A DNA stretch of 64,000 nucleotides, from the NCBI GenBank assembly GCA_964016885.1, contig OZ024742.1, positions 311,240,001 to 311,304,000 on the forward strand, read 5' to 3'. Under the pieces are notes generated by a model. It was not told the origin of the DNA. It made no database searches and saw only the letters and a program-made list of their open reading frames with translations. Source of the DNA: Eledone cirrhosa. Lineage: Eukaryota. Position numbers and translations under genes: made by a program. Shown in pieces: positions 13,091 to 26,355 of the stretch. Within the stretch, counting starts at the first letter, position 1; each line of letters opens with the position of its first letter.

Positions 13091-15943
13091 AAGATGTATT
13101 TATATAATTTTTATGTTCACTTTTCCATATTGGCATGGGTTGGACAGGTTGTTTTTTGAGAAAATTTCTTAATAGCAGGATGCTGGTCACTCACTACATT
13201 TATATTTTGTGTTGTAGTACTTGTACAGGAGGGTCTTTTGTATTATGGCATATTGCTAGTCAGCTTGGTCCTGTGTCATCTTCATGAGGTTCAGTTTCTT
13301 GTAGTCATTCCTTACAAAATTGGCCCTTTGAATTTACAGATACAGCCCATCCATCAGGCTTCCAATTGGTTTCCATCTATCCAGCTTCACTCACAAGGTA
13401 TGGGTCCTCCCGAGGTTCTGCTAAATGGCACTTGGTGAAATTCCACACTGTGGCATTGAACCCGGGACTCAAAGATTGCGATGCTAACTTTTTAACCATT
13501 CAGCCATATATATATTCATTATCTTCATTTAAACAGACTTTAAATGATGAAACTGATGAATATATATATGTGTGTGTGTGTATATATATATATATGCAAG
13601 AAAATCAATTAGATGTAATTTTTGTTCACCAAATGCAATGACTGAGTATATAGGATGTCAGAAAGTTATATAAACCACTAAAATAAACAGATATGTAAAT
13701 AAATACCAACCTCCTGTACCTTTCAAATGTTGATGTGATCGCATTGAGGTTAACTTTGCCTTTCATCCTTACGGAGTCGATAAAATAAAGTACCAGTAAT
13801 GCACTGGGTAATTGCTGGCCTTATGCCAAAAGTAGAAACAATTATTAAGAATGGGATTGGCAGTATTGATAGAGGGTCGGACGCCATGGTTTGCAGTATA
13901 GAGTTACAGTCTGAGTTCAAATCCCGCCGAGGTTAACTTCGCCATTCATCCTTACGGTGTCGATAAAATAAAGCACCAGTAATGCACTGGGATAATTGCT
14001 GGCCTTGTGCCAAAAGTAGAAACAATTATTAAGAATGAGTCGTGCAATAATGTACACACTATTCATTCGTCCCAAATTATAGCTCTCACCATTCACATAA
14101 CTTTGGTATCATCTCCATATAAAAGATGAAACTTCTGCGTGGACATGAGACCTGTTAGAAATAGCAGTAAAAAAGAAACAAAAGACACTTTGGATATCCA
14201 AATTGTTACTAAGACTACTGGATGACTGACGATGGGATGCACGTGTTTGGAATGCCTTTCATTATACGTCTGCTTGATTATAGCTGTCTTGCTAGAAATA
14301 GCAGTCAAATCTTTCATACCATACCGTCGTAAAAGCGAAAAGACATTGGATATTTGAATAACTGGAAGAAGTTTTAGATATTTGAAACAGATAATATACA
14401 TGATGGTCACGGCTGGAATGTCAGTCAGAGCTAACCTGATTTGTCATAAACTTTAAAGTGAGGTGTTACATATACATAATGGCCTGAACATTTTTTTTTT
14501 TAACGAGTGCGACTAGCCGATTGTTTAGAGACTATTTTCTCCACTTGTCTTTCTTTTCATACAAACAGACATTCCATGCTACCGTTGTTTCTTTAGTCTA
14601 TCACGAACATTGTAACATCAACAACAACTACTGCTAATGGTTTTTGATTTAGGCACAAGGCCAACGGTTTTGGGAGGAGTAAGTCGATTAAATCGATCCA
14701 GTGCATTACTGATACTTTACTTTATTTTATCTATCTCGTAAGGATGAGATTTGAAATCATTTCTGATTTAGGGACAAGGCCAACAATTTTGGGGGAGGGG
14801 AAAATCGATTAAATCGACCCTAATACGTTAATGGTACTTTATTTTATCGACCCCGTAAGGATGAGAGGCAAAGCTAACTTCGGCGGGATTTGAACTCAGA
14901 ATGTAAAGAGCAGGAACAGATATCGCAATGGCATTATATCCGACGTTCTAACGATTCTGCCAATCCACAACCGTTTCTTACATTAGACATGAAATCTGAG
15001 TTTTTAAGGACAGGATGACATTGGGTGATTGCGACTTGTGAACTGATGGTTCCAAATGGGAATCGAGACTTATGTGTATATTGTTTTGAAGATTAGGGTA
15101 GGACACGGCAGTGGCCTTATGACTTTCTTTTAAAATAGAAAAGATATTTAGGAAGCCAAAACATTCATGCCTGTGTGTGTCTGTGCCAAGGGCATTATCT
15201 CTGTATATGAGAAATGGAATGGTCACTACCAGAGAATCGAAACCGAGCCTTGAGAACTAACAGTAGTTTGTTTTTACAGTCGCAATACAATAGATATAGT
15301 GTGTATTAAGAAAGGGTAAACAGATATCTTATATATTAAGAAAAGGTAAATAGAGATTTAGTTCTTACCATATTTGAAGAGTCTTAAATGGTTCCTAATT
15401 GGAATTTTAATAAAAATCGTAATTATTTTGTATATACGCATAGGATACGAACGTAATGGGAATATTTTTTTTACATATGTGTGTCTTCTAAAGAGGATTA
15501 GGGAACTAGTGTCTCCAAAGGCTTACTAATAAACAGATAGTATGACACATTTCCATTACACATCAAACACTTAAAGATAGTAAACCTGTGATTCTGAACG
15601 TGGGCTTGTATCCCTACGAAGCGAGGGACAATTTTTAAAAAGTGTAGTGGTGGGGCATACAGCAAAAATAAAATAAAAATAGATAAGGCTCAGAACAATC
15701 GTGTGAAGTGCTTAAGCTTCAATTAATACATTAAGATGTTTACTTTCAATTTATTTGGATCAAGCCCAATTTTTTTGGACATTCGTAAGTCGTAACGCGA
15801 GAAGAAAACAGAATTAATATAGCATATTGCTTTAAAGCGAATGAATCAACATTGCTTTTCTTTCATTCAATTTATTTTATCTTGTTTATTTTTATAAATA
15901 TTTTAAAGTTGTTTCTTTCTGTGTTATTGGTGTATATGTGACG

Positions 15944-15980
<37 letters not shown>

Positions 15981-16208
15981 TCCTTCCTTCCATATACTGT
16001 ACCGATTGTGTTGTTATTTCTGTTTACCTTTTACACACACACACATATATGATTTAACTTTTTTTTTTGCGGCATGAAAAACACCTTATCTTGCCCCCCC
16101 CCCCCTTTGAAAATAAGTTTTGTACACACATACGTAGATATGTAATATCCTTGGTTTGTTTTAAGCATCACGGCAACACCATGCTGGAGCACAGCTTCTC
16201 TCCCTCTT

Positions 16209-16241
<33 letters not shown>

Positions 16242-18340
16242 AGCTGTGCTCCAGCATGACATTGACGTATGCGTGTATTTTATATTTCTCAAAGGGGCGT
16301 CCTGCATGATGAACATATTGTGCAAGCTACCATACATAAGGTAGCCTGCACTTATACATACATACAGACTCGACATAGCGCATGTCTATGTAGTTATAAA
16401 CGGTGTTGTTCGCTGGAGGTGTGTTTAAAACAATCAACAAAAGTACGAGAGAGACGGGTTTTGAAGTGGTAAAATAAATGTGAAAGTGGGAGTAAGCTAT
16501 GTATGATCCTTGATACGTTAGTAAGAAAGTGGTTAGAAGTAGTGGTGGGGGTGGAGGGAGTAATAGTAGTAGTATAAATCAACGTAGAGGTGAAGTGTAT
16601 GTATGTATGTAGGTTGTTGCGAAGGAAGGAAAGATGAAAATAGATAGATGTAAAGTCCTTTATGACGAAATACAGCAGAAATATAGAAGATGGAACGGAG
16701 GAATAGGAGAAAGTCGATGATCAGAAGAAAAGTGGATTACGAAATGGAAGAGGATGAGGAGAGAAAGGAAGGAAGAAAAGTTTAGAGGTGGAATGTTTAA
16801 AACTACGAAAAGGGGGAAATGTTAGGAAAATCAGAGAGAGGAGAAAAGGGGGAGAGAATAAAAGAAGGCAGAAACATCATAATGTTGAGAAAAAGTGTAT
16901 GAAATGAAGTGATGAGTAGTAGGGAGAGGAATAGAAGAAAGAAGAGGAAAAAGCGACAATTGAACGAATTTGTCGGAGAAATAAGTGACAAGTATGAAGG
17001 AGAGAAGATGGGAGGAGCAGGTAAAAGAATTTAAACGGGAGAGTGAGGAGATGGGAGCAAAGATAGTTGTGTTTTTCTATAGTGGCTGGAGGGAGAAAAT
17101 AAGTGAGGTAATAGAATTAGGTTGGAAAAGGACCGAATAGAGGGAGGATCAGGGAAGATTGTTAATAGTTAAGCGCAAACATTTGACACTGTATAATGTA
17201 ATCTTAAGTTTCTCATTGCTTATTTTATATTTTGTTAGTTTTTTTTTTTTTTGCTAAATCGATCTTCTCTGTATTGTTATTGTTAGTTATTTTATCGATC
17301 CCGGTCCTACCTGCCCTCTTTTCCGCCCAACATGATATGAAATAAGAAACTAACGAGATCGAAGTAAAGTCCGGTGCTGTATCTTATTTCTGGCAACACC
17401 TTACAATAACATCTGACTATCGTTCCATAGACCATTGCGGTTGTATAGTAGTACTACTACTACTATAGACCAACCACTACTGCAGTAGTAGCATTACTTC
17501 TCCTGCAGCAGTGGTTGGTGCGGAGCAAAATAGTAACAGACGGAAGAACTGAAGGAGCTGCGGTTCCTTCTGTTTAATTTCAATAGAACTTCCTTCGACC
17601 GCTGCATGTTGGGTAAAGACATAAAAAAAACCCCGGGAAGACAGGAGGTGCGTCGTCCGGTGGTGGTGATAATAGTCAGACGATGGCAGTGGGAAATGAA
17701 AGAGAGAAAAATAAAACTGGTAAATGCGACTATTCAGAAAGACCGGTGGTGGTAGTAGTAGAATTGTCATGCCGGGCTGCTGGTTAGTTGGGGTGGTAGT
17801 GGCGGCGGTTGAACTTACTCGTTTCAATGTTTTTTTGCATGTAATGTTTAGCTAGTAGCTTCGTTATAGTAGTGGTGGTGGTAGTATATGACATGTATGT
17901 TATGTTAAAACTGGGTCTTGGAGCAGGAGGTGATTGAATAGATGATAAAAAGCTCTTAGATATTATAGCCAAGCTGATCGACTGGTGTGGGAAGGGGATG
18001 GATATTGTCCTGAGATTTTTTAAAGACTTGGAACGTGTTTTCAATATTTCAAATACGTTAAGGAGTTAGTTGATGGAAAATGTTTGCTTCTAGAATGACT
18101 AAGAGCAACTTTTTAGGACCTAAAGTTGCGGAACCTCTTTAATATCAGCAGCGTGTTTGAAGTGCATAAAGAACGTGTGATGGCACATGTGTTGAGAAAT
18201 ATGAACCTTTAATTTTTCAAATTCATAGGTATGTAACATACATTAGTTTTGATTTCAAGGCTTAAACTGTTTTTAATGGGCTTTAGGGACTGTCAGCGGA
18301 CAGTTTTAAATATAAGTATCCCTTAGCTAAACACACCCGT

Positions 18341-18383
<43 letters not shown>

Positions 18384-21300
18384 TTACTTTCTTTCTGCGC
18401 ATCGGAACATAGATAAACGTCCCTATTTCATTCCATCTTTGTTTGCCTGAGTTGAATATATCTGGATCTATTGCGATAGTTGCTGTTTATTGTTTTGAAT
18501 GTATGAAAGTTTTCTAAAGTTGGTGGTATATATATATTAGTTTTTAAATGTTTACATGCTAACATTTATGTATGTTTGTACATGTAAAAACCGGTACGTA
18601 CTGTCAAAACAGCGAAGTTATAATATGCTTTACACGATTGTATTTATTATTAAAGGGTTTTTGTTGGTGTATGAGTCAACATGGGTTTTCATTTTTCTCA
18701 CCTTGTCCGCCCTATGCCCATGTCTGTCATTTCTTCTATCTATCTATCTCTCTCCATCCATCAATTCTTAGTTCTTTGTTAGTCAATCTTGAGCTTCTGC
18801 TTTAGAATTTCCATTACGCAGAAAGGCGAAGTATCTTACTTCCTGTGCCTCCTTTTTGCTCGTTATTCATTCCGTTTCTTTTACTTTCTTTCTCTCAATT
18901 TCTCCGCCTAACCTCTTCCTTTCCTCCCCAATTCTACTGTCTTTCTGTCAAACATACCTTCCTCTATCACTGTTTTGATCCCTAACATTTAAGGATATGC
19001 AGCAGTTTTTCAAGGTACACTGATAAAAATACGTTTACCCAACATTTTCAATATATATATATATCTTAATTGCTATTTAATTCTGCTTTTAAGTATTTTG
19101 TTTTTATTTTTAAATAATTAATGTTGTTTGTCAAATCGAATGAACAAATATTTACATTAGAATGATTGACCACACTGGGGTATAATATTATTGCAGGTGA
19201 TATATTTATTGATTATAGAATGTATATTTGTTAATTTACTCAAAAGGTGTATTATATCGAATTTTGGCTGTATTATACAGAAATTTATATGTAGTTCAGT
19301 GTAATCGCTGCGATTGCACATGGCTCTATTCTCGATTAAATTCTGGCGGCTTAAATGCAGTGGTAATTGTATTGTAATGATTTTTAGCATTAACAATGGG
19401 CTATGTATTTTAAAAGGTCGGCAATGTATTTATTTTTAATGTTACATATCGCCGAAAATTGTTCGATCTTGAGAGTGGTTTCTGCTTGTCATTCTTGGCG
19501 TTAATTAAATATTTCTTTAATTTCCCTAGTTTTCTGTTTTCTCATGTTAAAAATACGAAGAGGTTTGAAGTGAGAGATGTGTCAACTATCTCAAGCAAAG
19601 TAACAGAAGGCGTATGCTTGGTTAAATCGATCTCACTACATGCTTGTTTCTTATTTTTATCGATCCTGGATGAAAGGCAAAGACCGACCAATCCTTTAAT
19701 ATGAAATAGTCGAATTCTATCCCTCTGACTTATTTCTATACCAAATGCTGCTGTTTCAATGTTTTGTCAACATTAAATCTTCGTTATATTTCGTGCTTAC
19801 TATTTACCTACATTGTTGATATAATCGGTTGGTTTTAGTTTATAGGAGTGGTTCAAATGTATAGAAAATCGAAAGCACTCCCTTTATTCTCTATTTCTAT
19901 TTTTCCAAGATATCTTTAAAGATCGACTGGGACCAGCTTGGGGCTGATTAAAAAAAAAAATTGACGTTGTTTCATGTTGATTCTTATATCGAGGTTGCAT
20001 CTACTTTCAAGGAAGGCACAGACCATAGTCTCATCTCTTCTTACTATCTTCCTTATATGAATTTGAAGCCATGTGATATGTAATAGATATAATTAACTAT
20101 GATAGGGCAGTTATGATTTCATGAGTTTCATCAACTCTGAATTTAGTTCTCTCTTTCGCTTTCATACACACACACAACGAAATTCAGTGTAGGTCTCAAA
20201 CGAAAGACCAATTTTTAAAATTTATAAATGTATATAGGTAGGTAAATGTTGCAGAATATGTGCATAAGAAAACGTCATTGACTTCCGCATTCTATCTAAC
20301 TACTTTTATAAAATGGTAAATTCTGGATATATACAAATAGCAAATTATAATTTACGGAAAATTCATTTCAATAGAATTTTTGAAGAAATACGAATTCTTG
20401 TTTTCTCGTGGAATATGTGATGCATGTGGTGTCGAAATGCTTGAATTAAGACAAAATCGTAGGTGTGATAGATATTGGTGAAGCCACTGAAAAGATTGTC
20501 GCAAAGAATGCATTCTTTGGGAACCGAAAATTGATATTGAAAGAAATGTTGTACACGTTTGCACATGAATTTGTTTAATCTGAAGATCGCCAAACTTTTA
20601 AAGGTAGGCCGGATTGGAAATACTTTTATATCTTGCGGGCTATGACGAATAAAAAATGAAATAATGATCATACAAGACTAATAAAAATTACTTTAATGTT
20701 TTTCATTAGAAGCGTTTAACTTAGAACAAAATAAATCTTTTTTTCACTGGTGGTTACAAAAAGAGCAGGCATTTCTTTTTATAATAATGCAGACATGACC
20801 AAGGACATTTTATTTCGCAAGATTATATATATATATATATAAACAAGGGTAAAAGTTCAGGTGAAGAAAGTAATGCCAACATTATTTCAAGCCCAGTGTG
20901 GTTCAATACTCAGTAAAAAAAAAACGAATTAAAATTGCATTCTCTTGTTTGTCTATCCAGTATATATATAATAGTGACTAAAATCGGAGTTGCAGCTGCG
21001 ATATATATATATATAATATTCTAGAGATGTAAATATTATCACGCTTAGTTTAAATTTGATTCAATTCAACAATTTCTTAAAGAAATATAACCAAAACATC
21101 CTATTTATTTGCTAAATTTTGTGCATGCAACCAATCCAATTATTTGTATACTAGATTATTTATTGTATTCGTTCGCGTTTCTCACTACAGCCATCTATCT
21201 ATTTCTAAATTAGTTTATCGTATTCGTCCTTTCCCACTGCAACCATCTGTCTATTTGCTCTGCTGTTATCAGTTCTGTCTGTTTGAACATCCGTCCATGT

Positions 21301-23862
21301 GTGTGATACTAGTTTGTTTTCTTCAAACGTATATCTAAGCCAATATTTTCTATGGCTGAACAAGCTAAGCTAATCAATTTGAAATGTCCATACTTGGTTC
21401 TATTTTTCTTTTTCTCTCCGCCTCTCCATTCAACACATCCGTTTCTCCACAGCACTCTATTTTTCTCTCTCTCTTTCACTCAACCCACATCAAATATATT
21501 TGTCTCTTTTCCTTTATTAATTAACTTCATTCTCTTTGTGTATCTTTTATATGAAACGCCCATTGGTTTCTTTTGTTTCGTTATTTATTCCATTTAACGA
21601 CTTGGTTCTATTTTATCTACTTCTATCTCAATATTAAGCTTATACTCATGCTGTCGGTTACTTAACATGGTTATAGTTTCAACATGAGGTGCGTGTCGTC
21701 ATGTTTAAAGTTGACTGCGGCGTACTAAAGTGTTTGCACAATAGTTTCAATTCCCGGTTATGCGGCATAAGTATAAGTGTCTTTGAGAAAGACGGAAAGA
21801 AATATTGCACATTTCCATTTTTTCCCCCTTTAAATATACTAACATAGAAGACCTTTCCTCTTCTTTACTTAGGTCGCTAATGTTCCCTAGAAAAACACAA
21901 ACCTAACAGTACTCTCCTTTCTTCTCTTTGTGTCTAAGAAAATATTACATTATCAAAATGTCATGCCAACTAGTTGTGTAATTACCTGCTGATAGATTTT
22001 GTTTGACATATAATAAAATATGTAGGCTATTGTTGCAAAAGCTGTTTCTCAACAGGACGGACGGCATGTCAAGATGAGATAGCGTATATCTATCTGTTTG
22101 TCTGCCTATCTATGTGTGTGTGTGTGTATATATATATATACACACACGCATAAAGTATATAGAGAGAAATACACTTAGATATATGTTCAATCATAGGGGA
22201 TATAAAACCCACCAGTGTGACGAACATAAGAGTTTTTAACCCACATATATGTATATATATATATATATATATATAATACCCCCCCCCCCCTCATATATGT
22301 ATGTATATATATATATATATATAAATGAAAATATAGAAATTATTGTGAGCAAGAAGCCAACAGTATTTCATAATATATGTGACTATAACGTCAAATGGAA
22401 AATAATTCAAACTCAATTAAAAAAAAAAGAGATTTATATATATATATATATATACATTCAAATAAACACATAAATGTACATTTAGAAATACATGTATACG
22501 TACAGATACACACACACAATCATAAGATCGTGCTTTAGATTCCTGAACTTGGTAAATCGTCGTGCTCTTAAGACACTTCATTTCTTCTATGAGATGCAAC
22601 TTCGTCAAGGGCCAGCTAAACCTATATATAGGTGTAAGCTGTAAATTTCATTTCATATATAATAACTACTTTTATGTTTTCGTGTTCAGAGAAATATAGC
22701 TGTCACACAGAATATAAAAATACCTGGATTAATTCCCTGGCGAGGACACAATAACGTGTGAAATGCCGATACAAGGATAATAATCTCTCATGTTTCTGTA
22801 CCATGGAGGAATAGCTGAAAGTGTTTACATTTTACAGTTCATTCTATTCACAACTTAGGCTTTTCTAGTATAAATAGTTCTTATTTATTTATTTATGCGC
22901 GGGCGCGTATATATACATATGTATATGCACACTCACACAGCTATCAAAACTGGGTTGTACCTGTAATTGAAAAGGCTAGTCTTGTCACACACTGTCACGC
23001 TAAATCGCTCTGAGAATTTAGGGCACTCGTGCCTATGTAATGCTCAGTCACTTTGCACGTTAATTTCATAAGCAGGTTGTTTATTCCATTATTCGAACAA
23101 CTGGAACACTTCGTAATCGACTGAGGTCCAACAATATGGAGTTTAGGTTTTCAATATTTTTGTATTTATATTCGGTTGTAATTCTTCTGTGCAAAGAAAG
23201 AAAAAAAAAACAGAAGAAAAGGATGGAGGAAGACACTATAATAGTATATAGTTCTCGCACGAAAAATACTAATACACACACACACTAGTGCCGTCAACAA
23301 TAACGCTAAGCCTGGCTTTTTTTAGTTCAAGATTAATACACACACAGATATATGTCAGGATTACTGGATATATGAAAAAGTAAACTGGGATATTTGTGTT
23401 TTTATAAATTAATTGGTTGCTTAAGAGAAACCATATAATTTACATTGATTACTGACACGTAGAGGTAATTAAATATAAAAAAAATATATACATATTTTAA
23501 GAATTTATTTCTAGATATGATTATATAAATGTTTAGCATGTATGTACAAATGACATACTGTATTAAATGTATGAAACTTTGGAGAAATAACTACTTACGG
23601 GGACAAATGTAGGTTTAGAACCCAGGGCCTTGTGATTAGGAAGCAAATTCATAGCACGCAACATGACTGAGATAGTGTGTATATGTGTTTGTGTAAATTT
23701 TAAAGAGTTACAGACGGAGATTTATATAAATATACAAACATACAAGGCGTATAATTATGGTTGGTGTGTAATTAGTGTATTTGTTGTATTAATTATTATA
23801 AACTATATATTATTTTAAATATATTGTTCAGGTGCATTTTCGTCTTCATTTTCTCTTTCTCT

Positions 23863-23897
<35 letters not shown>

Positions 23898-23993
23898 GTA
23901 GGAGGTGAGTTTTATTGTAGCACAATAAAGCAATGCAAATATCGGATAAGTAGCACTCAACAGTTTATAGGACTGGAGTATATAAATCTCCGT

Positions 23994-24060
23994 CTGACGA
24001 GAACGCAAATATCATCCCATGATGATTGATATTTGTTTTTGAAATGCGCATAATAAAATA
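23994..24060 (+). ncRNA. Hammerhead ribozyme family A, 5' strand of stem I missing (probably inactive)
   Basis: CTGACGA-stem II-GAAA-tgcgca-TA-ataaaata is intact but is preceded by ctccgt instead of tattttat. Confidence 0.65.
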
Positions 24061-24076
24061 CATGGAACTCTTTTGA

Positions 24077-24149
<73 letters not shown>

Positions 24150-24177
24150 ATCAAAAGATGGTTAAAAGAGTTCCATG

Positions 24178-24248
24178 TATTTTATTATGCGCATTTCAAA
24201 AACAAATATCATCATGCAATAACATTTGCGTTTTCGTCAGATAAAATA
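24178..24248 (-). ncRNA. Minimal type I hammerhead ribozyme (family A)
   Basis: Minus strand reads tattttat-CTGACGA-aaacgcaaatgttattgcatgatgatatttgttttt-GAAA-tgcgca-TA-ataaaata. Confidence 0.8.
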
Positions 24249-24418
24249 GGGAGACATGATATGAAGGTTAAAACACACTTGTGAATAGTGCAGTTTTAAA
24301 TCAACTCTTTTAACCATCTTTTGATCTTATATATTATTTATACTCCAGTCCTACAAACTGTAGAGTGCTACTTATCCGATATCTGCATTGCTTTATTGTA
24401 CTACAATAAAACTCACCT

Positions 24419-24463
<45 letters not shown>

Positions 24464-24718
24464 GGAAAAAATGAAACGAAATTTCATTTCCCACTCTTAG
24501 TACGGCTGTTACTTAAATATAAGTATGTACACGTACATACAAATATGTATACAGACGTACAGTAGTATGTATATATACATACATGCACACATATATATGT
24601 ACGTATGGATTCACCGAACATTTATTATAATGCTCGGGGTGTTTGTAAACAAACATTCCGTATTAAGCCGTAGTGTCTAGCAACCATCGTTGCTCGTTTG
24701 TTCAACACTGACAAAGGA

Positions 24719-24761
24719 ATGCTGTACTAGTTTCAAGCTTATTAGCTATCGTCAGCAACGT
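24719..24761 (-). ncRNA. Minimal type I hammerhead ribozyme (family B, inverted copy)
   Basis: Reverse complement of the 25163-25205 motif with one substitution in stem I. Confidence 0.78.
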
Positions 24762-25162
24762 ATACCTTCCTGCCAGATTGTTGAACGTATATACTTACCT
24801 TATGCATATTAACGGCTGAGTAGCCCAATTTGCATATCGAGTGGGTTAATCGGCCGGGTGCACCGAAAACGATAAACGGAAAAAATGAAACGAAATTTCA
24901 TTTCCCACTCTTAGTACGGCTGTTACTTAAATATAAGTATGTACACAGTAGTATGAATATATATATATACATACATGCACACATATATATGTACGTATGG
25001 ATTCACCGAACATTTATTATAATGCTCGGTGTGTTTGTTTTTTTCCGTTTATCGTTTTCGGTGCACCCGGCCGATTAACCCACTCGATATGCAAATTGGG
25101 CTACTCAGCCGTTAATATGCATAAGGTAATTATATACGTTCAACAATCTGGCAGGAAGGTAT

Positions 25163-25205
25163 ACGTTGCTGACGATAGCTAATAAGCTTGAAACTAGTAC
25201 AGCGT
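25163..25205 (+). ncRNA. Minimal type I hammerhead ribozyme (family B)
   Basis: acgttg-CTGACGA-tagctaataagctt-GAAA-ctag-TA-cagcgt: 6-bp stem I, AGCT/AGCT stem II (T-T at its base), palindromic stem III ACTAGT, GUA cleavage triplet. Confidence 0.8.
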
Positions 25206-25423
25206 TCCTTTGTCAGTGTTGAACAAACGAGCAACGATGGTTGCTAGACACTACGGCTTAATACGGGATGTTTGTTTACAAACACACCAAGCATTATAAT
25301 AAATGTTCGGTGAATCCATACGTACATATATATATGTGTGCATGTATGTATATATATATATACATACTACTGTACATATATGTATGTACGTGTACATACT
25401 TATATATATATATATATATATAT

Positions 25424-25983
25424 AGAAGTGGTTACACAACAGTTAGTTCACCATACCGAGAACAATTGTTTCACCTCAGCTCGTAATCAAATATTTGTTT
25501 TGCTTCTTCACATCTGTGTATGTGTGTACACACACACACAGAGATGTGAAGAAGCAAAACATAAATATTTGATTTTTGTGATTCTCAATAAATCAGCTCA
25601 ATAAGGAACTTTTTTTATTTCATCTAGAGTACATATTTTTCTTAGAAATATGTGTTCTGTAAATATACAATATATTGTGTTTTCTTACGGATATATGGTT
25701 CTCTCTCTCTCTCATATATCCGTAAGAAAACATAATATATTGTATATTTACAGCACATATTTCTAAGAAAAATATGTACTCTAGATGAAATAAAAAAAAG
25801 TTCCCTATTGAGCTGATTTATTGAGAATCACAAAAATCAAATATTTATGTTTTGCTTCTTCACATCTCTGTGTGTGTGTGTACACATACACAGATGTGAA
25901 GAAGCAAAACAAATATTTGATTACGAGCTGAGGTGAAACAATTGTTCTCGGTATGGTGAACTAACTATTGTGTAACCACTTCT
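25424..25983. repeat. Fold-back palindrome with about 273-bp arms
   Basis: Arms 25424-25697 and 25713-25983 are near-perfect reverse complements with a (CT)n spacer and (TA)n on both flanks. Confidence 0.95.
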
Positions 25984-26299
25984 ATATATATATAGAGAGA
26001 GAGAGCATTCGCCTTGCAATCGAAAGGTTGTGAGTTCAATTCTCCTCAGACCGGGTGATGTGTTGTTTCCTTGAGCAAGACACTTTATTTCACATTGCTC
26101 CAGTTTACTCAGCTGTAGAAATGAGATGATAGGGACCCCAGTCCCTATCATTCCACTGCAAAGTAGTCGTGGAGGTGTCACGGTAAATAAGCACCCAGCA
26201 CTCACTGTAAATGAGGTTGGTGTTAGGAAGGGCATCCAACTGTAGAAATCAAGCCAGAATCAGTTCCCGTCCCACCCTTGCAAGCAGGGAAGATGATGA

Positions 26300-26355
<56 letters not shown>

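Larger units (their letters stand above)
23899..24422. repeat. Nested palindrome around (TA)n containing family A ribozyme elements
   Basis: 84-bp outer inverted arms at 23899-23982 and 24339-24422. The inner element 24145-24330 has its own 28-bp inverted termini (ataagatcaaaagatggttaaaagagtt). Confidence 0.9.
24462..25402. mobile_element. Non-coding hammerhead-bearing element: about 414-bp unit, partial direct repeat, then an inverted copy
   Basis: acggaaaaaatgaaacgaaatttc occurs at 24462 and 24876. About 25037-25402 is the reverse complement of about 24517-24885. (TA)n flanks both ends. Confidence 0.85.

Noticed and set aside
17300-17950. GC-richer block that looks exon-like
   Set aside because: The plus-strand frames I read are interrupted by stops and the minus ORFs are low-complexity. 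Kept only as a possible regulatory or UTR region.
22728-22782. ctggcga-acac/gtgt-GAAA-tgccga-TA hammerhead-like motif
   Set aside because: The core has G at an invariant A and stem I is out of register. Too decayed to call.
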